Assembly (NCBI GenBank): GCA_032718475.1
Contig: JAUCBJ010009146.1
Location: forward strand, 1 to 64,000
DNA: 64,000 bases
Source of the DNA: Nemertoderma westbladi
Lineage: Eukaryota; Animalia; Xenacoelomorpha
Direction of reading: 5' to 3'
Shown here: positions 62,283-64,000 of the stretch, piece by piece
Layout: each line of letters begins with the position of its first letter
How positions within the stretch are numbered: the stretch's first letter is position 1
Position numbers and translations under genes: made by a program
Notes under the pieces: model-generated
The model's input: only the letters and a program-made list of their open reading frames with translations
Database searches by the model: none
What the model was told of the DNA's origin: nothing

Positions 62283-63132
62283 AGAATATTTTGTTGTCCT
62301 TTTCATCACTCCTTCCCATTTGGTTTGTCCATCCATATCCAGACTCATCCCTTCTACTTTCCCATGCACAGTTTCCAATGCACAGATACCATACAATTTT
62401 ATTTATTTATTTATTCATCCTGACTTTACGCCACCGGCGGCTATATTAAGTAAAAGGTCAATTGACAATATAATAGTAAAAAATGTAAAATACATAAAGC
62501 CTATAAAATCAGCATCTCAATCTGAGCAATATAATTAATTATTTGTGACTAATACTATCACTATATAGGAATAAAAGGATCGTAATCAATCATTACACCA
62601 GGTACAACAGCAACAGTAGGTGAACAATAGAGTATAAAAAACATAAGTAAATATATAAAGCCAGCACCCTTAACTAAGCAATATAATTATTTGTGACTAA
62701 TACTCTCTCACGTTGGAAAATAGTAAGTTCTAGCTAATAAAATATTAATATTAATAAATCCAATTTAAATCAATCATTACACCAAGTACAACAGCAACTA
62801 GCCATACGGAGTCTGATTTGTCTAGTTGTCTCCCCGTGTACTTCACAGTGCTAGAAACGTTTGTATTAATTTTTACTGGTAATAATAAATAATGTCTTGT
62901 GATTAACTTACTCCCATGACTTGCTACTATTTATATGATTTATAATAATAATATTTTACGTTTATATTTATGCTGTGCACTTAATACTAAATTTATTAAT
63001 TTGTAATCTCACCATTAATAAATAATACAGGTAACAAATAATCAAATTTGAACCAATTCAAAATGTTAATGATAATCAAAGTATAGGGTACAGTTGATCT
63101 TATCTAAATCGAAAATAAGTTATAACGTAAAT

Positions 63133-64000
63133 TCACCAAACTTTAATCTTCATCTCTACTTTTTCCATCGGTACATTGCTCTCAGGGTAGGTGAATGTGT
63201 TCCAATATGGCCCCTTTAGTTCTTCCGCCCCATAGAGGCCATTTAGGTTGGAGGCGGTGCAGAACCGATACCACCACGCCCCTTCGCGTATGGAAGCGCA
63301 GTGTTCAGAAGAATCGTCATTGTCTTCATCCCATGTAGAAAACCGAGATCCATTAAGGTAGCCGTCACCTCCAAAACTCCCATAAAGAATAGAATCCCCA
63401 GCTGTACCGCTGTACCCAGATATATACAGCCTGTAATCATCTTTAGAATCCCCAATGCGAAAGTTTTGGTACTCGGCGTATTTATGTTCACCTTTATACC
63501 AGAGATCTACCCTAAGGACTACCCCATCTTTACTAAGTTTATATATCCGATCTAAACCGAACCAGAAGTTCTTATCTAAATCACCGAAACCGGAAGTGTA
63601 ACCATGCGAACCATCCACACGTCGCTGTATTACAACCCAGGGGCCGCCAGGGTCGGTATTATCGCAACGAATAAATCCATTCATTCCATCAGGGTGACTG
63701 ACGACAACAGAGACGTTAACTGGGGTGTTTAGGCAAACTGACGCGGAGTGGAACTGAATTAATAATTCGTCGATCTTTCCTGTTAATTTGTCGTTTAATT
63801 CCGAATTATTCTTGGTCAACTTCAGAATTTCGCCCTTATAAAACTCATCCAACCCCCCAATGCGTTTATCCATCTTCCCAATACCTGCATCCAATTTCGT
63901 AATACTTTCTGCAACATTATTATTTTCAATCGACATTTTGGATTCCAGTTCTTTTATATTTTTCGTCGTTACAACAAACAAGGTTATTATAATCACAACC
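63133..64000 (-). CDS. Fibrinogen-related domain protein (hydrophobic segment, coiled coil, FBG domain), 5'-partial
   Basis: WVVIQRRVDGS, GFGDLDKNFWFGLDRIY, YSGTAGDS, FSTWDEDND, GAWWYRFCTASNLNG and EMKIK. The frame is open to the window edge with no intron in the visible part. Confidence 0.9.
   Translation of the reverse strand, partial: VVIIITLFVVTTKNIKELESKMSIENNNVAESITKLDAGIGKMDKRIGGLDEFYKGEILKLTKNNSELNDKLTGKIDELLIQFHSASVCLNTPVNVSVVVSHPDGMNGFIRCDNTDPGGPWVVIQRRVDGSHGYTSGFGDLDKNFWFGLDRIYKLSKDGVVLRVDLWYKGEHKYAEYQNFRIGDSKDDYRLYISGYSGTAGDSILYGSFGGDGYLNGSRFSTWDEDNDDSSEHCASIREGAWWYRFCTASNLNGLYGAEELKGPYWNTFTYPESNVPMEKVEMKIKVW

Overview
Eukaryotic, AT-rich, repeat-dense animal (probably invertebrate) genomic window with a 100-N assembly gap at 15232-15331. 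Host genes: a 2-exon CCDC150-like coiled-coil gene (+), an intronless LMAN1/ERGIC-53 (-), exons 1-2 of nicalin/NCLN (+), and a 5'-partial fibrinogen-domain gene (-) that appears to sit inside NCLN intron 2. The rest is a ~15 kb mosaic higher-order tandem array, three L2/Crack-like LINEs (one apparently intact), a ~10.3 kb hAT-type DNA transposon with nested insertions, several MITEs, CR1/RTE/CRE fragments and four mini/satellite arrays. Three signals stand out. (1) Two divergent LINEs join ORF1 to ORF2 in frame across the same GAT-TGA-CTA-CCT junction, with conserved residues upstream of the first ORF2 ATG, which suggests programmed UGA readthrough. (2) The hAT-type transposase carries two ING-like PHD fingers, one split by an intron, and the element ends ~330 bp from the NCLN start codon. 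(3) All three LINEs share a covarying 3'UTR stem-loop. Family assignments come from motif recognition only; no database searches were run.
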